Program-made: the position numbers and the translations under genes
Assembly (NCBI GenBank): GCA_964035545.1
Contig: OZ037765.1
Location: 24,179,504-24,243,503 of the forward strand
Source of the DNA: Bugula neritina
Taxonomy: Eukaryota; Animalia; Bryozoa
DNA: 64,000 nucleotides
Direction: 5' to 3'
Notes under the pieces: generated by a model
What the model saw: only the letters and a program-made list of their open reading frames with translations
The model's database searches: none
What the model was told of the DNA's origin: nothing
Shown: piece after piece, positions 50,701 to 64,000 of the stretch
Layout of the letters: each line of letters begins with the position of its first letter
Position numbering within the stretch: position 1 is the stretch's first letter

Positions 50701-53700
50701 GTACAGTAAAGTTAAGTGATATAAAAACAGCTCACCATTTAAAATCCTTCATATTTAAATACTGCTGAGCATATAATATAACTAGACTTATTGTTTGTAC
50801 TAGCATACCAAGGAAAGTTCATCTAGTTTACTTCTAGCATACTCTAGTTGTGTCCTCTCCACGTGCTCATAAGGTGTATGAGCTAACAATTCATGAAGAG
50901 CCAAAATATACTTGGGTATCTGAAAAACAAAATTTTGACAGAATATTAATAAAAATAAACTTTAGCAGTGTGTATGCATAGTGATGTAAGCTTCCAGTGC
51001 TTTAAGTTCTTTTTGAAACAACTGCAACACTGATTAAAAAAGTTTTACATAGTGGGTGTTAATATGTATATTGTGTTATATAGTTACATTGCATAGAGTT
51101 ATGCTGCATTTCTTTATTGAGTTTTTCACTGTATTATTAATTATATTAATGATGAATGTATATTATTTAGTATATATAGAGTGCATAGCTGTATTTTCCT
51201 ATGATGCATGATTATTAAGAATATTAGGATTGATACTACAGTGCTTGGCTCTTACTGTCTCCAATAAAAGAAAGGATTCGATAAATTAACATACAGGCTT
51301 TGCAATAGAATACAAGAAAAATAACTAATATAATGTTATGTAAGTGGGATAAAACAACTCCAATACCTGGTGCATAGGGTATGTGAGAAACGTTTCAAGA
51401 ACTCTATTCTCACAAGCAGGTTTTTCTTCAAACCTTTTGAGCAGAGAGTTAAATTCTGGTTTCTGTTTGTATTCTGTGAGCACTTGAAGACTGTAGTGGT
51501 GGTTTCGGACGTATTCCTGGTAGATGCCAAGCATGGGCAGCAGCATGTCAAACAGGTCACCTTGTAATGACATCATAGGTTTACATTATTTTTACTGATT
51601 TTTAGTACACTATTGTATGTGGCATTACTATGTATTAACGTAACTTTTAGCAACTAACCAATGACTAGTGTAGGCCAGTTTTCCATCCGTGCGGTCAGAC
51701 CTTTGAGAAATATTTGATGCAAGAAAAGAACAGTCTCACTGCAAAATTATGTCATGTTTTATTTTCTTGCAACGTTTAAGCAAATGTCATTCGAAGCAAG
51801 TCCACCTACTAAATGTCAACTGTTCATCTAATGCCCATTGCACAAACCCATGCATACAACAATTATCACCTAAAAGTTAAATTGCATTAAATATTGCAGT
51901 GTGTTTAACCTGTTGAGGAATATGGAGTTGACATCATCGTGTGATATGACTGGTTTCTTGGAACTGGCAGCCATTCTCAGGGGTCTTAGAAAGCATGTAA
52001 CTAGTGTGGACAAGTCCCTAACATAGTCTTCTTCGTCTTCCACCATTCCTGTGAGTAGGAAACACTAGAATCACAGTCTATCACTGTGCTGGTAGCGGTT
52101 TGTATAATTGTGAAACAACCACTTAATGTAGTATTACTTTATACTGTGATCTGTTTTCTAGAGATATACAAACTTCAATTTTCGACAGAAATGCATTTAT
52201 TGCTGACTAAAGGTGGGCACTCATGGCAAGAAGGCAACGATAAAGACTGAAGTTTTATATTTACGCTATTAGTTATTTATTTTCATATGTGGACTCAGTT
52301 TAATAAACATATTGGCCGTTTTTTGATCTTGAACTTTGACCTAACCTGAAGACACCTAAATTGCAGTATATTGATAATATTGATAAGTTCTACTTGCCAA
52401 AGACTACATTATTTCTGGTCTTCATACTCTCTGCATGTGGTGACTTTATGTACATCTCAACTATCTGTTTCCATCTTCTGCGGCATAACCAACCCCGAAA
52501 GAAGCTCTGCACCTGTTAGTTTCACATAAAAAGTGCTTAAATTGAAAGGAAGAATTAATTAAAACACATTATAGTAAAAATTTTGTTTGCTATACACATG
52601 CATGCATATGATAAGGTTGGTAGCTTGCTTGAAACATCCTTGAAATGAGAATGGGCTTGGTCGAAAGCATGCTATGAAACAGGAGTGAGCTTGAGCATAT
52701 GGGTGTTTGAATTTAGCACTATGCTAGTTGCTAGGCTACGAGTGAGCACTCATTACTCAAGTTTAATAAATGCACATACCATTTATTATTCATGATATGA
52801 TAAGTCACTATATTTTATATTTCTAAATTCAAATAATGAAAAACACAGCTCTGTGTCTTCTTGGAATACATTATCAAATATAATTGAGACAACAATACAT
52901 GCTAAATATATGCATGAAAGTAGATTCATATAGTATTTTTAGTACCATGTAAATAGTTTTGAAATTTTTAAGTTTTTATCAGCTACAACCAGTTTAAAAG
53001 GTGGAAGGTGTGTAAAAGGTTCCTCACTAATTTGTTAACTATAAAGTTTCATTATTATTTTCTGCATGATTCCTATTTATGATACAATTTTTAGTCTATA
53101 TAGTTCAAATTAATAAAAGGGCATTTTATTTTTTTAGATAGGAAAATACAAAAACATAGATCTTGAATAAAACACTATTCCAACTATTTTTAAAAGAAGG
53201 AATAGTCTAATCACATTGAAAAACCTGGTAAATTTTTTTGATTAATTGCAACATTGCGCCAAAGATTTTCATGCCCTAAAAGGGGGTATTTTATAGGTAA
53301 TAGTTTATGACTTTAAATTTAAAGTGTACCATCCATATTAGTATGATAACAACCAGAAAAAGGTTAATTAGTATACATGCTAGGATTAGAGAACATGAAT
53401 AATAATACTATATAGTAGAATTAGCTGTGAAAAAATGAATTGATGTAATATATTACTCAAAAACGACATCATTTGAAATCTGAAAAAGTTTAAACTATGT
53501 TCACTATTTGATCAATAGGTTTCTTAAACTTAGAAAAATCTTGGTTTTGATGCGAGCACATCATTGGGGAAGCTATAAAGGTTGTTAGTTATACAACAGC
53601 AAGACACAACTTCTGAAGTGAAAGAAAAACAGCTCAGAAAATTAGCTAGCATATAAGGTAGAGTGATTCTTCATCCATGAAAATGTCTCAAATGTGTGAG

Positions 53701-54487
53701 TTTTTAAAGTAAACATGCATTAATGTCTAGCTTTATAATAAAAAATATGTGTCATGTAAACAGTTATACAGCAAACAAACTACACTGTGACAAAATTGGG
53801 TCAGCTAGAGAATGCATTCTAATGGGATGCTAGCATCTAGTTTCTACATAAAGCTAGAAAACTAATAGTGGGAACTCAACACACGCCGTTACCTTAGCTA
53901 CCACCTCAGTAGTTACAGGTGGATCTGAATCCGGAGAGGTGTCTGGCTGCTTGTAAAGATGGTTAAGCAGAGACATAATAGGTTACATAATCAGCAACAT
54001 AAAATAAGCATAAGTATAGTGGTAAGTCAGAAATTTAAAGAGCCCTAACAGAAAGAAATAGACAGAATTTAAAAAAACATTAGAAATGTGTGAGGGTAGA
54101 AAACTGTACAGAACTAAATGACGGGATAACGTAAAAGACTCTATCATTTATTTGAAAGAGGATATTTAGAATATTGATCTTCAATAAACATTGTGATCAA
54201 CATCTTTTGTTGTAACCACTAACCTTTTTAATTTTACAAATTTCTGTGTACTCCTTTTCTTTCTGCTTGTTAACTGTTTCTACTTTGTATTTTTTCAACT
54301 AAAATTTAAATAAAATTATTTAATCACCCTTGTTCAATTACTGCAACTGTTGCTAAGATGTTAAGTCTAAATATGATTTTTAATTATGCCATATTTTGAA
54401 TTAGATATATACATAATATAAAATAATATTATTTGAAATAGAAGACAAGAGTGAAAACCACACAAACACACGCACACACACGCACGC

Positions 54488-54530
<43 letters not shown>

Positions 54531-54940
54531 CACACACACACTCACACACACACATGCACGCACACACACACACACAGACAACCTCTGCATTTAGCTGCCG
54601 ATTCTCCTTTACAAGCTCTTCTATTTGTCTCATGCTATGCCACTTGGCATGTCTCTCAGCTTCTAGTATATGCAGCACATGATCATGTTTCTGCTCCAGC
54701 TGCTCCTTGTCTTCTTGCAGCTTGCTGTACCTGCAGTGTAGTAATAAGCGCTTCAAAGAATTATCGACTTTCTTTCTGTGCATATGAGAACGTGGGTTTC
54801 ATATTTGATATTTTAGGTGAGCTTTAGAAAAAATTTAAACAGTCATCTAATCTAGACTCAGATCTGTGAAGCTTAAAAACAACAACTATTTCTATAGTAA
54901 TAAAAAGCACAAATAAATGGCTTTAGTATTCTGCTACTGC

Positions 54941-55020
<80 letters not shown>

Positions 55021-57960
55021 ATAATAATTTGTTTACTCAAAACATAAGGATTTTGACCTCTACCAAGAAAATCATTTGACAATTCACTTATTTATAGTAG
55101 GCTATTGGTAAAAATACTTTATTAGGAATATACTAGTTTCGAACACTGACATACTTATTAGCCAAAAGCTATTACTTGTCATAACAATAATTTTTTTATC
55201 AGTACATTTTTATTTCTGCTTTAAAGAAAACTCCTTCCTTTAGAACTCAAAAGTCAATCATGGTACAAACAAAGTATTCAGCTTAGGTTATTATAGCACA
55301 ATGTTATGAAGTGCTTCAAATTAATAATTGTTATTCTATTTGCTGAAGTGCTGGAAGATACTCACTTGGCATTGTTTAGACAATCCATCCAGTTACGTAA
55401 ATCTGCCTCACTATCAGATCGGAGCTCAAACAACTTGTTATGATCGTTCATCAGATATACGGCTAATCCATGCTGTCGTAAACAGTCAGTATTCATTAAC
55501 AGGATGTTGAATAATTAGACAAATGAAAATGTCAAAACAACAAATATTTCAGCAGGAACAGCTCAGGAAATTGTTAAATATCTGTTTACAAAATATTAAG
55601 TAATAATAAAGCAGGAGACGATAAGTTGATGAGCAAAATTACCTAAACCGAACCTCCTACATAAAAACATTGATTACTTTGGGGAATTAATTAATCAGAA
55701 GAGAAGACACTGCATTATGTGTAAGCTACGCTTATATAATCATACTGCAAGTAAACTGTGTTCAGGCTCAGCACTCTTGCAGATTTTTATATAATTTAAT
55801 TTTAGCTGCCGGACTTGCATTAGAGCTTTAGTAACTGTTTTATTGATGAATTCAATATAATTATACAGATATCTGTTGAAATTTATTATTACTGTAATAA
55901 TCTCTACAAGTGTGCTTAAAAGTAACGGATACCAGAAACCAGAGTTCTCTCCACCTACTAATTATAAACTAGGTGTATTACTGATTATTTGCTACTGGCT
56001 AGCCGCAGCCATAGAATATATGCTAAGTGCTCTTTGATGAATGAGTTGTTATACCTGTCTCCTTCTGTTTCATGTTCACCGGCTTTAACTCAGTTTCAAG
56101 AGTTGTCCTTTCTTTTTAATGTAATTCAGTGTGACCTATTTTGCTACTAATAAAAAACTCACACATGTTTATAGATGCCACCACTGTGAGAAACCCCTGA
56201 TGTGGTTTTTTGTTAAATTGGGCTAAGGACTTATTTAAATGACCAGGAACAGAAGTAATTATGAATGGATGCTCTTCTTAACATCACCAATGGCCTTTAT
56301 TGGGTTCGAACCCATGACTTCGTGCTTACTAGGCAAACGCTCTAACCCCTAGACCACAGCTGCTCCCTAATCTATATTGCTACTAATGTTTATGCTATTT
56401 CACTTTAAAATGCTACAAATACAGCACACCTAAAATTCAAATAATGTTGCCATATTTTCTTTAATTTGTTTCCTTCACATTGTATGCATGCTTGATATTT
56501 CGACTATTGCTTTAAAGCAGTCAAATCATACTGTTAACGAGTGAAGATACAAGCTGTACAATTATAATAAAACATTGTTCATTCAACAGGTTGGTATTTT
56601 TTTGCTTTTTGCCCAAGCCACATCAAAATATTTTGAACTTTCTATATTTCTATTGGAAAAAATTCTGTTGGAAAAGACCAACGCATAATTATGTTAGCGC
56701 TATTACAGCACTAATTCGGATCAACTTATCTAAGTGCATTAGTTAGGTAGTTCTGGTAACATATCCTGTATATCGTAGAAACACTTGACTTGTACTTTCA
56801 ATGTCAACTAATATACCTGATAGCCCATTGTAGCTCTGATATAAACCTATCACATGTATCGTCTAAATACAAGCTTATGTAACTCAATCAAACTTTACAT
56901 ATGTATTTTATTTCTTTAGTAAACTTACACAACTTACTAAGGTATTGATTTTAAGAAGAACATATGCCCCAGGTGACAGGTTTGCTGAATCCTGGTTGCT
57001 CTTTTAGTAGTATTGAATATGACACATTACTCTTATTTGCAATGCAACTTTATGTTTAAATATGCATTAGTAGACACGTTTGAGGTACTTGTGTGACAAG
57101 CTGGTGCATTCTATTATAACGATTTTCTGTTTGAAATAGAAATTCAATCTCTATTAAAGCATATTATAATGCAGATCCACAATATTGCTGGTCCTAATAA
57201 CAAGGTTGTATTTAAGCAAGAAAATGTTTTTATGAACAAATCACATATTTAAATACCAAAAACTGATATATAGTTGATTTTCCGACAAAACAGATGCATT
57301 TGTTATTAGTATAGATATTTTTAAATCTGATGTGGGTCAGGTCATTGCTCTAAGATAATGGTTCAAATTCAATACTGTCATCATAACTATTAGAGGTCAT
57401 TCTATAACCCTAAGGACAGAGTAGACAGCAACATGCTATATACGCTACTAAAAAACAAGTGTGCAATCTATTTTTATGAATTTATGACCTAATTCTTCCT
57501 AATTTCAATTTATTGTTAAGTAATTGCTTAATTAGGTTCTTCCTTCTTGCATAGCTTGGAAATAATACTGGCAATAATTGGCCAACCAAACGAGAAAATG
57601 ATCAACCGCTTTCTATATTTCCCAGAATAATGTAATCTAAATTACGTAATATACTACAACTTGTATTGTAAAACCTTCACACTGGCATCTAAACTAACTT
57701 ACCTGCATTTGTTCCTTAACAGTTGGCAATGCAATCTCCTCAACGTAGCAGCCTTCTAAAATTGTGTAACTGTTGAGCTTTTGGCTGCCTTCCGCATCGT
57801 AACAGTACAGAATGTTGTGCTGCAGAGCAAACCATTTCAGCTGCCATTTGGCTGAGTCGATATACCTTCTAAATAAAGGTCCACTCAGTGAGTTCTCCAC
57901 CTTGGCCTTGTTTGCCAACAGATTCAGCTGGTGTTCGTTTATTCTCATTCCCTTCTGCAT
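38373..57960 (-). CDS. RASGRF1: Ras-specific guanine nucleotide-releasing factor (RasGRF1/2 family): PH, coiled coil, IQ, DH, PH, REM, CDC25
   Basis: N-terminus [12 protein letters not shown] with PH motif [14 protein letters not shown]; [17 protein letters not shown]; [46 protein letters not shown]; [34 protein letters not shown]; CDC25 [41 protein letters not shown]. An in-frame upstream stop supports the ATG at 57960. Confidence 0.96.
39518..39620. repeat. (TG)n-type microsatellite
   Basis: TG dinucleotide array with GTGTGTGTT variants in a RasGRF intron. Confidence 0.95.
40996..41203 (+). mobile_element. tRNA-derived SINE (head resembles tRNA-Thr AGT), near full length
   Basis: A box tggtctacgggttag, anticodon-like loop ctAGTaa, B box ggtttgagccc, then a tRNA-unrelated body ggccattgatgatgttaggaagagcatcc. 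Related copies at 56162-56367, 61821-61932 and 27777-27865. Confidence 0.85.
41541..41765. repeat. 11-bp tandem repeat (AGTGTGTGTTG)n merging into (TG)n
   Basis: Visible directly; explains the HTHT and CVCV ORFs in the track. Confidence 0.95.
54458..54576. repeat. (CA)n microsatellite
   Basis: CA/CG dinucleotide array next to a RasGRF donor site. Confidence 0.95.
54944..55017. repeat. (TA)n microsatellite
   Basis: Perfect TA run. Confidence 0.97.
56162..56367 (-). mobile_element. tRNA-derived SINE copy, near full length
   Basis: Reverse complement reads gggagcagctgtggtctaggggttagagcgtttgcctagtaagcacgaagtcatgggttcgaaccc...ggccattggtgatgttaagaagagcatcc..., with a consensus B box GGTTCGAACCC. 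Confidence 0.85.
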
Positions 57961-60900
57961 TATACTCGAGAAGATTCACTTTGTGGAGTGTAATAGTGCC
58001 TGTCAGAAGTTAGAATTATCTAATGATCAGCGCTTATAAAGGCACAACAGAATTGATGATTTAGTATAAATAAATTGCAAGTAACTACATCATGCAACAC
58101 ACAATACTGAATACTGTGTGGTGGTACGTGCAGAGTCTTGCTACTATCTAGTTGACACTTCTGTCACAATGCCAGCACGTTGTCATAGGCTAGCAATGTA
58201 ATGCTTGCAGATGTGGCCAAGTTTTGACAAAGTACCCTCATGTCTGCCTTGTTTTTACACAATTACTCTTACAGTTTTAGGGCTTAATGGTTCAAATAAC
58301 TCTATTGCAGTTTAAACTACTTGTAAAAAAATTTACCGTTGTTGAACCTACTTTATAGATATAATAGGTAAGTGTTAAACTAAAATGTTGTGTAGGTACT
58401 ACTACTCCAACAGCAACAGTATTTACTATAATATAAGCTATGAGCATATTGCATCATATGCATTATATACATTATTGCAGCAGTAAAATAGTCGTAAATT
58501 GCTAATTGGCATTGTTTAGTTATCAGTAAGACCAAAGGATGAGAGTAGCCCTGATGATAGTATATAACATACTAAACTAGGAAGAAACTTACTTTCTTTA
58601 TAACTTGATGAACGATATCCTATCTATACAAGTGATTAGGAACCAGGAAAAAGCAGTCGTTACTGCTTCCTGAAGCCATTTTTCTTATACATCGTAAATA
58701 AATAATGAATGAAAATTTTAGAAATTTAAAAGCAGAAACAGTTTCTAACTTTTAATTAAATATGCATTAGCTTTTAATTTTCTAATTTCTAAATCCACTT
58801 GCAAATCTACAAACTGACTTTTGGAATAATGCAAAGCATAGACTACTTGAAATGATGCCTTACCATTAGACTAATTACCAGCAGTTAATCTAAGAGTTGA
58901 GCGAATCAGGAGGTAGTATTTAGTCAAAAACATCAACCATGAAATGTAGCCAAAGTACTTAAGTAGTTGAGTTGCAATAGACTAAACTTTCCGAGTTATT
59001 GCACATGTGCGCATGAAATGCCATGTGCATATCATTGATTTCCCCTGAGAGTCTCTAGAAACACATGAAAAGAGTTAATTGGTTCTCACATTTATTTTAC
59101 ACTCAGTTCGTTTCATAATATTCTTGGCCTCTGAAAATAGGTGACTTTTATATAAATCTATAAACTAGTCCCTAGATTTTATTGAACTATTTATATTCCA
59201 TCAACGTATCAGCAAGCAACTAATTGACAAGATTGGCAAGCTAAGTGGTACACGGAGTACAGACTTCAAGTTGCATAACTAGTCATGCTATTTAGTTCAG
59301 TTTCATAGTTTCTCAACTCATCTAACTAGCTTCACTTTCCTTTCAAGTAGCTCTTCCCGCTATATGATCACCGCAACTTTAGCTAATTTCCTTAAATGGA
59401 ACTGCAATAAAATAATGCTAAGATCCGTTCACAAATATCACGCTGTATATAAAATGTTATTCAATATTGTTTTTGCCAGCTATTCATGTAACTGTATCTA
59501 CCATAATACAAAGCTACTATAATGTCAAATAGTAAAGTAATTCAGGCATAATTCTAATTATATAATTAATTTTTCTCATGTATCTACAGTAATTTTAAAA
59601 ATCAATTTTCTTTGCAAAATGTTCATTCAGGTATAAGTACGTGCATCGTATCTTAAAATATAGTGAAACAGCTAATCTGACATTACTAAATAATTTGATG
59701 AAACTGCTGCTTGCTGGCATAAAACTGACAAGCAAAGAGTAGAGCAAACAACTAGCTAACTGTCATGACCAGATTTTAAATGTCACAATACTTCAGTCAA
59801 GTGTAAGGAATGGTATTTATAGTAATTAGGGTGACAGGCATTCTCAAGTTGAAGTCAACTGATATTATACTGTCTGCATATGATTTACAATACAAAAGCT
59901 AATTTAGATTTAGATGTATTGAATTTCATGCACTAAAACTATTTTGAGCAAAACATTATTTTAAATAACTTGATTTATATAATTTCAAAACCAATAAAAT
60001 AGTTTATGATTATAAAAAGATTCCGGTATTTGCTGATAACCAATTTTATCTCACACTATCATAAATAATACACTAATAATTGTGCAGTTGCACTCTATAA
60101 ATTCTAAAAGCATATACTATAATAAAAAACATACTTTATACCAAATGCTGAAATTGAAGCCAGTTTTAAGAATGTCATTAACGTTATTAAAAAAAGCTGA
60201 GTAATCTTTAAACAGTTTTGCAGAAAAATGTATTTAGTTTAAACTATAATTAGGCTAAAGTTAAAGAATAGAATATTAATTAGTTTGTAGAGTATACAGG
60301 TATATAAGAAAGAATGAAAGCAACTTACGCGCTATGCTTTAAGGTTCAGCACATTGGACTGATGTAAAACTGTGTTTCTGATATACTGACAGCGACATAT
60401 TTCTACAAACCTATGAAAGGTAAAGAACACAAACGAGTTGTTGATGTGCACACTTGAAGGCTAATGAATGCCTATCACGCGAGCATTTTGTAGCTTTTTG
60501 CCTTTTATAATTATGAACTGCACATTTACGTTATTACTCTGTAACTATATATTATATTGATTTCTACTAGACATTAAGCTTTGACCACTGTAGTATATTA
60601 ATGATGGTATAATAGGCCTATGTGTTTACAGCTAATGTAGTAACAAAGTGATAACAGCTAACGTGTAGATAGCAACTTGAACATGCTGACAGACTGCTTA
60701 TATAATATTGAATTTTGCAATGTCAACCGCTAAAAGTTCAACTGCGATGGTCATTGACTGCCACTTAATTTTTTGCTGCCGCTAGTATCTTAACCCCAAC
60801 TCATTATACAGCTAAAACTTTAAAGCGCATCACAATCAATATTAATTCATTTAATCTGATATAGCAACACTAAATATCTAGTCATGAACTTAACATGTTT

Positions 60901-61820
60901 TGAGTTGGAGCATCATTAAGGTCTTATAGTTGCTAATGAGTTATTCTACTGTTTGGTTAAATGGTAGAGCTTCATTTGCTGTAGGCAGGTTTGCTGAAAC
61001 AAATTAGCGGAGAAATTTCTTATGCATAACTTGAATTTTTTGACACACAATATTCTCCGCCTCTCAAATTCCTTTACGTATCAGTTACCTATACTTACAG
61101 CTTTATTTTTGAACAATTTTTTCTAGTATTGGTATCATTTTGAGCTTGTAATTAATACAGTCTTGTTGGGTGGTTGCTATTGCTTTTACATGTAATCAAT
61201 GGAAAATGTATAGGTAATATCAGCATTATATAAAAGCATAAATTAGCCATGCCGTGCCTGAGGTCTGCTGAGGGTCTCTTTAAACTATTAAGCACCTCAA
61301 ACATAAAAATAAAAATTGTAAAATAATTAAGCTATAGTCAGCTTAGATTAATATTTTCTACACTATAGAGTGCCAAATGGTCAAAAATTCGCTTAGAGAG
61401 TAATATGGCTAGATACTTTATTATATAAGCATATGAGATGCAATAATAAGCAAATTTTTGACCATTTGGTACTCCGTACTACACAGTAGCACCTTTTTTT
61501 CAGCTGATATAAATAACATTTTTAAAACTTTTATGCACATCACCAACCTTACTGCAGCACAACTGTGACTATAACATTTTGGCTCAAATAACAGGCAAAA
61601 TAAATTATGTATACGATTAAAAAAGCACACAGTTACATGCTCGTACTGTAATGTATAAAAAATTATTACGCAATCAAAATACCTTCATAATCTGACGCAC
61701 TGTTAATGCAACAGCTAGCATAAACGTTTATATTTGACCATAAACTAAGTCTAGATTTTAAATAAAGTTGTACAGCTGAATGCTGTATAAAAACTCACTA
61801 CATAAATGAGGTGCAAGAGA

Positions 61821-61932
61821 AATTGTGACTCGATGCTCTTGCTAACATCACCAATGGCCTTTGTTGAGGTTCGAACCCATGAATTCGTACTTACTAGACA
61901 AAAGCTCTAACCCTTAAACCACGGCTGCTCCC
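61821..61932 (-). mobile_element. tRNA-derived SINE copy, 3'-truncated
   Basis: Reverse complement reads gggagcagccgtggtttaagggttagagcttttgtctagtaagtacgaattcatgggttcgaacc...ggccattggtgatgttagcaagagcatc. Confidence 0.8.
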
Positions 61933-63116
61933 TAGCTGAGTACTGTATAGATACAGCTTAAAATAATTATGTGTACATATAATGTACATATAATCATATT
62001 CTTGAATAACTTAGTAAGAGTTATCCTCTCTTTACCATTATCCTAATTATTGAAGTGTCGATAGATTTTAGTGTAAACTGTTTTCATATGTTGCCATCCA
62101 TGTTTTTACATTTTACATTTCATTACAATATAATTATTACTACTGAGAAAACCTATCGATTATAATTTATTTATCTTGCATGTACACCTATTATATGATA
62201 TTGTGCATAAACTAGAGTTTTCTAAAATTTAATTTCCAGTCATTATATTGTATATAAAATCAATGCTATTCTGACTTGGCCTACCTTTTGATGGCTTTTT
62301 GATACAAATGTTTGCCAGCACTTAAGTATTTAGTGTAATTTTGAAACCTTATAATATTTTAATTGCAGGCAACTCTCTTTAATTAGTAGTCATTCATTGA
62401 ACCTGTGACCCAAGACCTGACTGCAGTGTCATCGTGGTGTGCTTGTGTTAAACAGTTGATAGCAGCTTTATTGTGCATACTCCGTATAAGTTTATAACCT
62501 TATTACACTTTATGAAGCATATCCAAATCTTATATAATGACTGCAACGGTGTTTACGCAATATTAAAAAAAGTTTTGTAAAATAACACTGCATTGGGTAC
62601 CTTGCGGTTAAATAGTATATCAGCAATATGCTAATAGTACGTTCTATTACAAAGTATATTAAATAACAATAAATTGCTCTTTTTAAAAAGTAATAAAACG
62701 ATGTAATTCAGTTGTTCTTTAAATAATAGGCTATTTGGTATTGACTTTGATACTCTAAATCTGTGTGGTTTAGCTTTAACAGTCTAAGTCAAATTCCGAA
62801 GACCATATATCATACTATGAAAAAATTGAACAATTTATTTTAAATTTGTTATAAACAAGTTATTAAAAATCATAATAAGCAAGATGCAGGACAACCTTGA
62901 AAATTATAAAAACTGATTTACTAATGTCATATGTAACATTTAAAACTAATGCACTATGCTGAACAAATCAAATGTTAATTGATCATCTTAGATCAACATA
63001 ATCGCTTGAGCTTGGATACCTTAGTCAGTTATTTTGAAACCTAAGCTGTTTGGTGCTCTAACTAAAAAGTAGTTAATCGTTGGGGGTTATTATGGGAGAA
63101 AGCTATTAATAATGCT

Positions 63117-64000
63117 CTACAAAATTATGCAAACTTTGCTGCTAGATTTCTTTTCTTGGTGCTCCAAGTTTAATGCAAATTCAGCTGATTCTTTCATGAT
63201 TTGATTCATGCTCTTTAGTACAAGCTGAATGTCTCCTTTATAACCTGCTCGAGCTGCTCTTGCTACTGCATTTATCAGCACCTCCTATATAAGTAAGTAA
63301 GTAAGTGGTTTTATATATATATATATATATTATATATATTATAGTGCTACCAATTATGAAATATAGTAATACATACTACATCTCCTGCCACTGCACTATG
63401 TTCATTATATGATACATCAAACATAAAATGTTACGCAACATGCTACTAGCTGCACACCTAGCTATTAATTACTATTCTATAAAATAATTAAATCTATAGA
63501 AGCCGTATTTTCTCTTTGGGACGAAGCATAACCTAAGTATATGCATAAGGAACAAAATTTCCAAGATTTATTACTTCTAAAGCCTTAAACAAAACTGATT
63601 TGATAAACTAACCTGTTTAGTAGAGACGTTTCCATGTGTAGTTAAGAGTGTAGCCATTGCTGAAGCTAACACGGAGGTGACTAAAGATCGGGCAATCCTT
63701 TGAAGTTGTCTGTTTGCAGACCTACTGGAAACTGTAACAGGTTTCTGAGACTCTAAAAGCTCCTTGCTTTTCATGTCAATTATTTCTGATATCACAGGCC
63801 TCCAACTGACTGTGCAAGTTTTCTGCATAAAAAGTAATATATATGTAACATAATTATTAAATTTCTGACTGTAGGTAATTATTATCATTGTAATAATCAT
63901 TCAAACTAATATCATGTGTTTTTATTATATATATATATAAGTGTCTAGTGAATCTCACAAGTTTTCTACTTCTTGTCTTTTCTGGAATGTAGACCTCACA
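63117..64000 (-). CDS. 3' end of an unidentified gene whose product ends in a CaaX box (KKSSSKVCIIL*)
   Basis: Phase-0 exons 64000-63959 (partial), 63822-63613 and 63284-63117 join to ...CEVYIPEKTRSRKLKTCTVSWRPVISEIID...NVSTKQEVLINAVARAARAGYKGDIQLVLKSMNQIMKESAEFALNLEHQEKKSSSKVCIIL*. Confidence 0.8.

Overview
AT-rich, intron-containing eukaryotic genomic DNA with GT-AG splicing, most consistent with an invertebrate animal (possibly a lophotrochozoan; the taxon is inference only). Gene order: 3' end of an unidentified gene (+, to 2346); splicing factor RBM17/SPF45 (+, 4994-11992); two tandem, TATA-driven, 113-codon secreted precursors that each encode one RFamide peptide (+, 13251-15375 and 16800-17999); a possible micro-exon-containing Cys-rich peptide gene (-, about 19939-20580); peroxisomal acyl-CoA oxidase ACOX1 (+, 23724-29485); an internally deleted P-element-type transposon with THAP remnant, TIRs and 8-bp TSD (30493-32712) just upstream of lysosomal Pro-X carboxypeptidase PRCP (+, 32896-37448); RasGRF (-, 57960-38373); and the 3' end of an unidentified CaaX protein gene (-, from 63117). 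Repeats include a tRNA-Thr-derived SINE family, MITE-like palindromes, a 20-bp minisatellite and microsatellites. The strongest candidates for new biology are the tandem RFamide precursor pair and a degenerate 3/6-bp periodic tract found near the 5' end of every TATA-less transcription unit whose start is visible here. Exon models were built by eye from splice signals and reading-frame phase.
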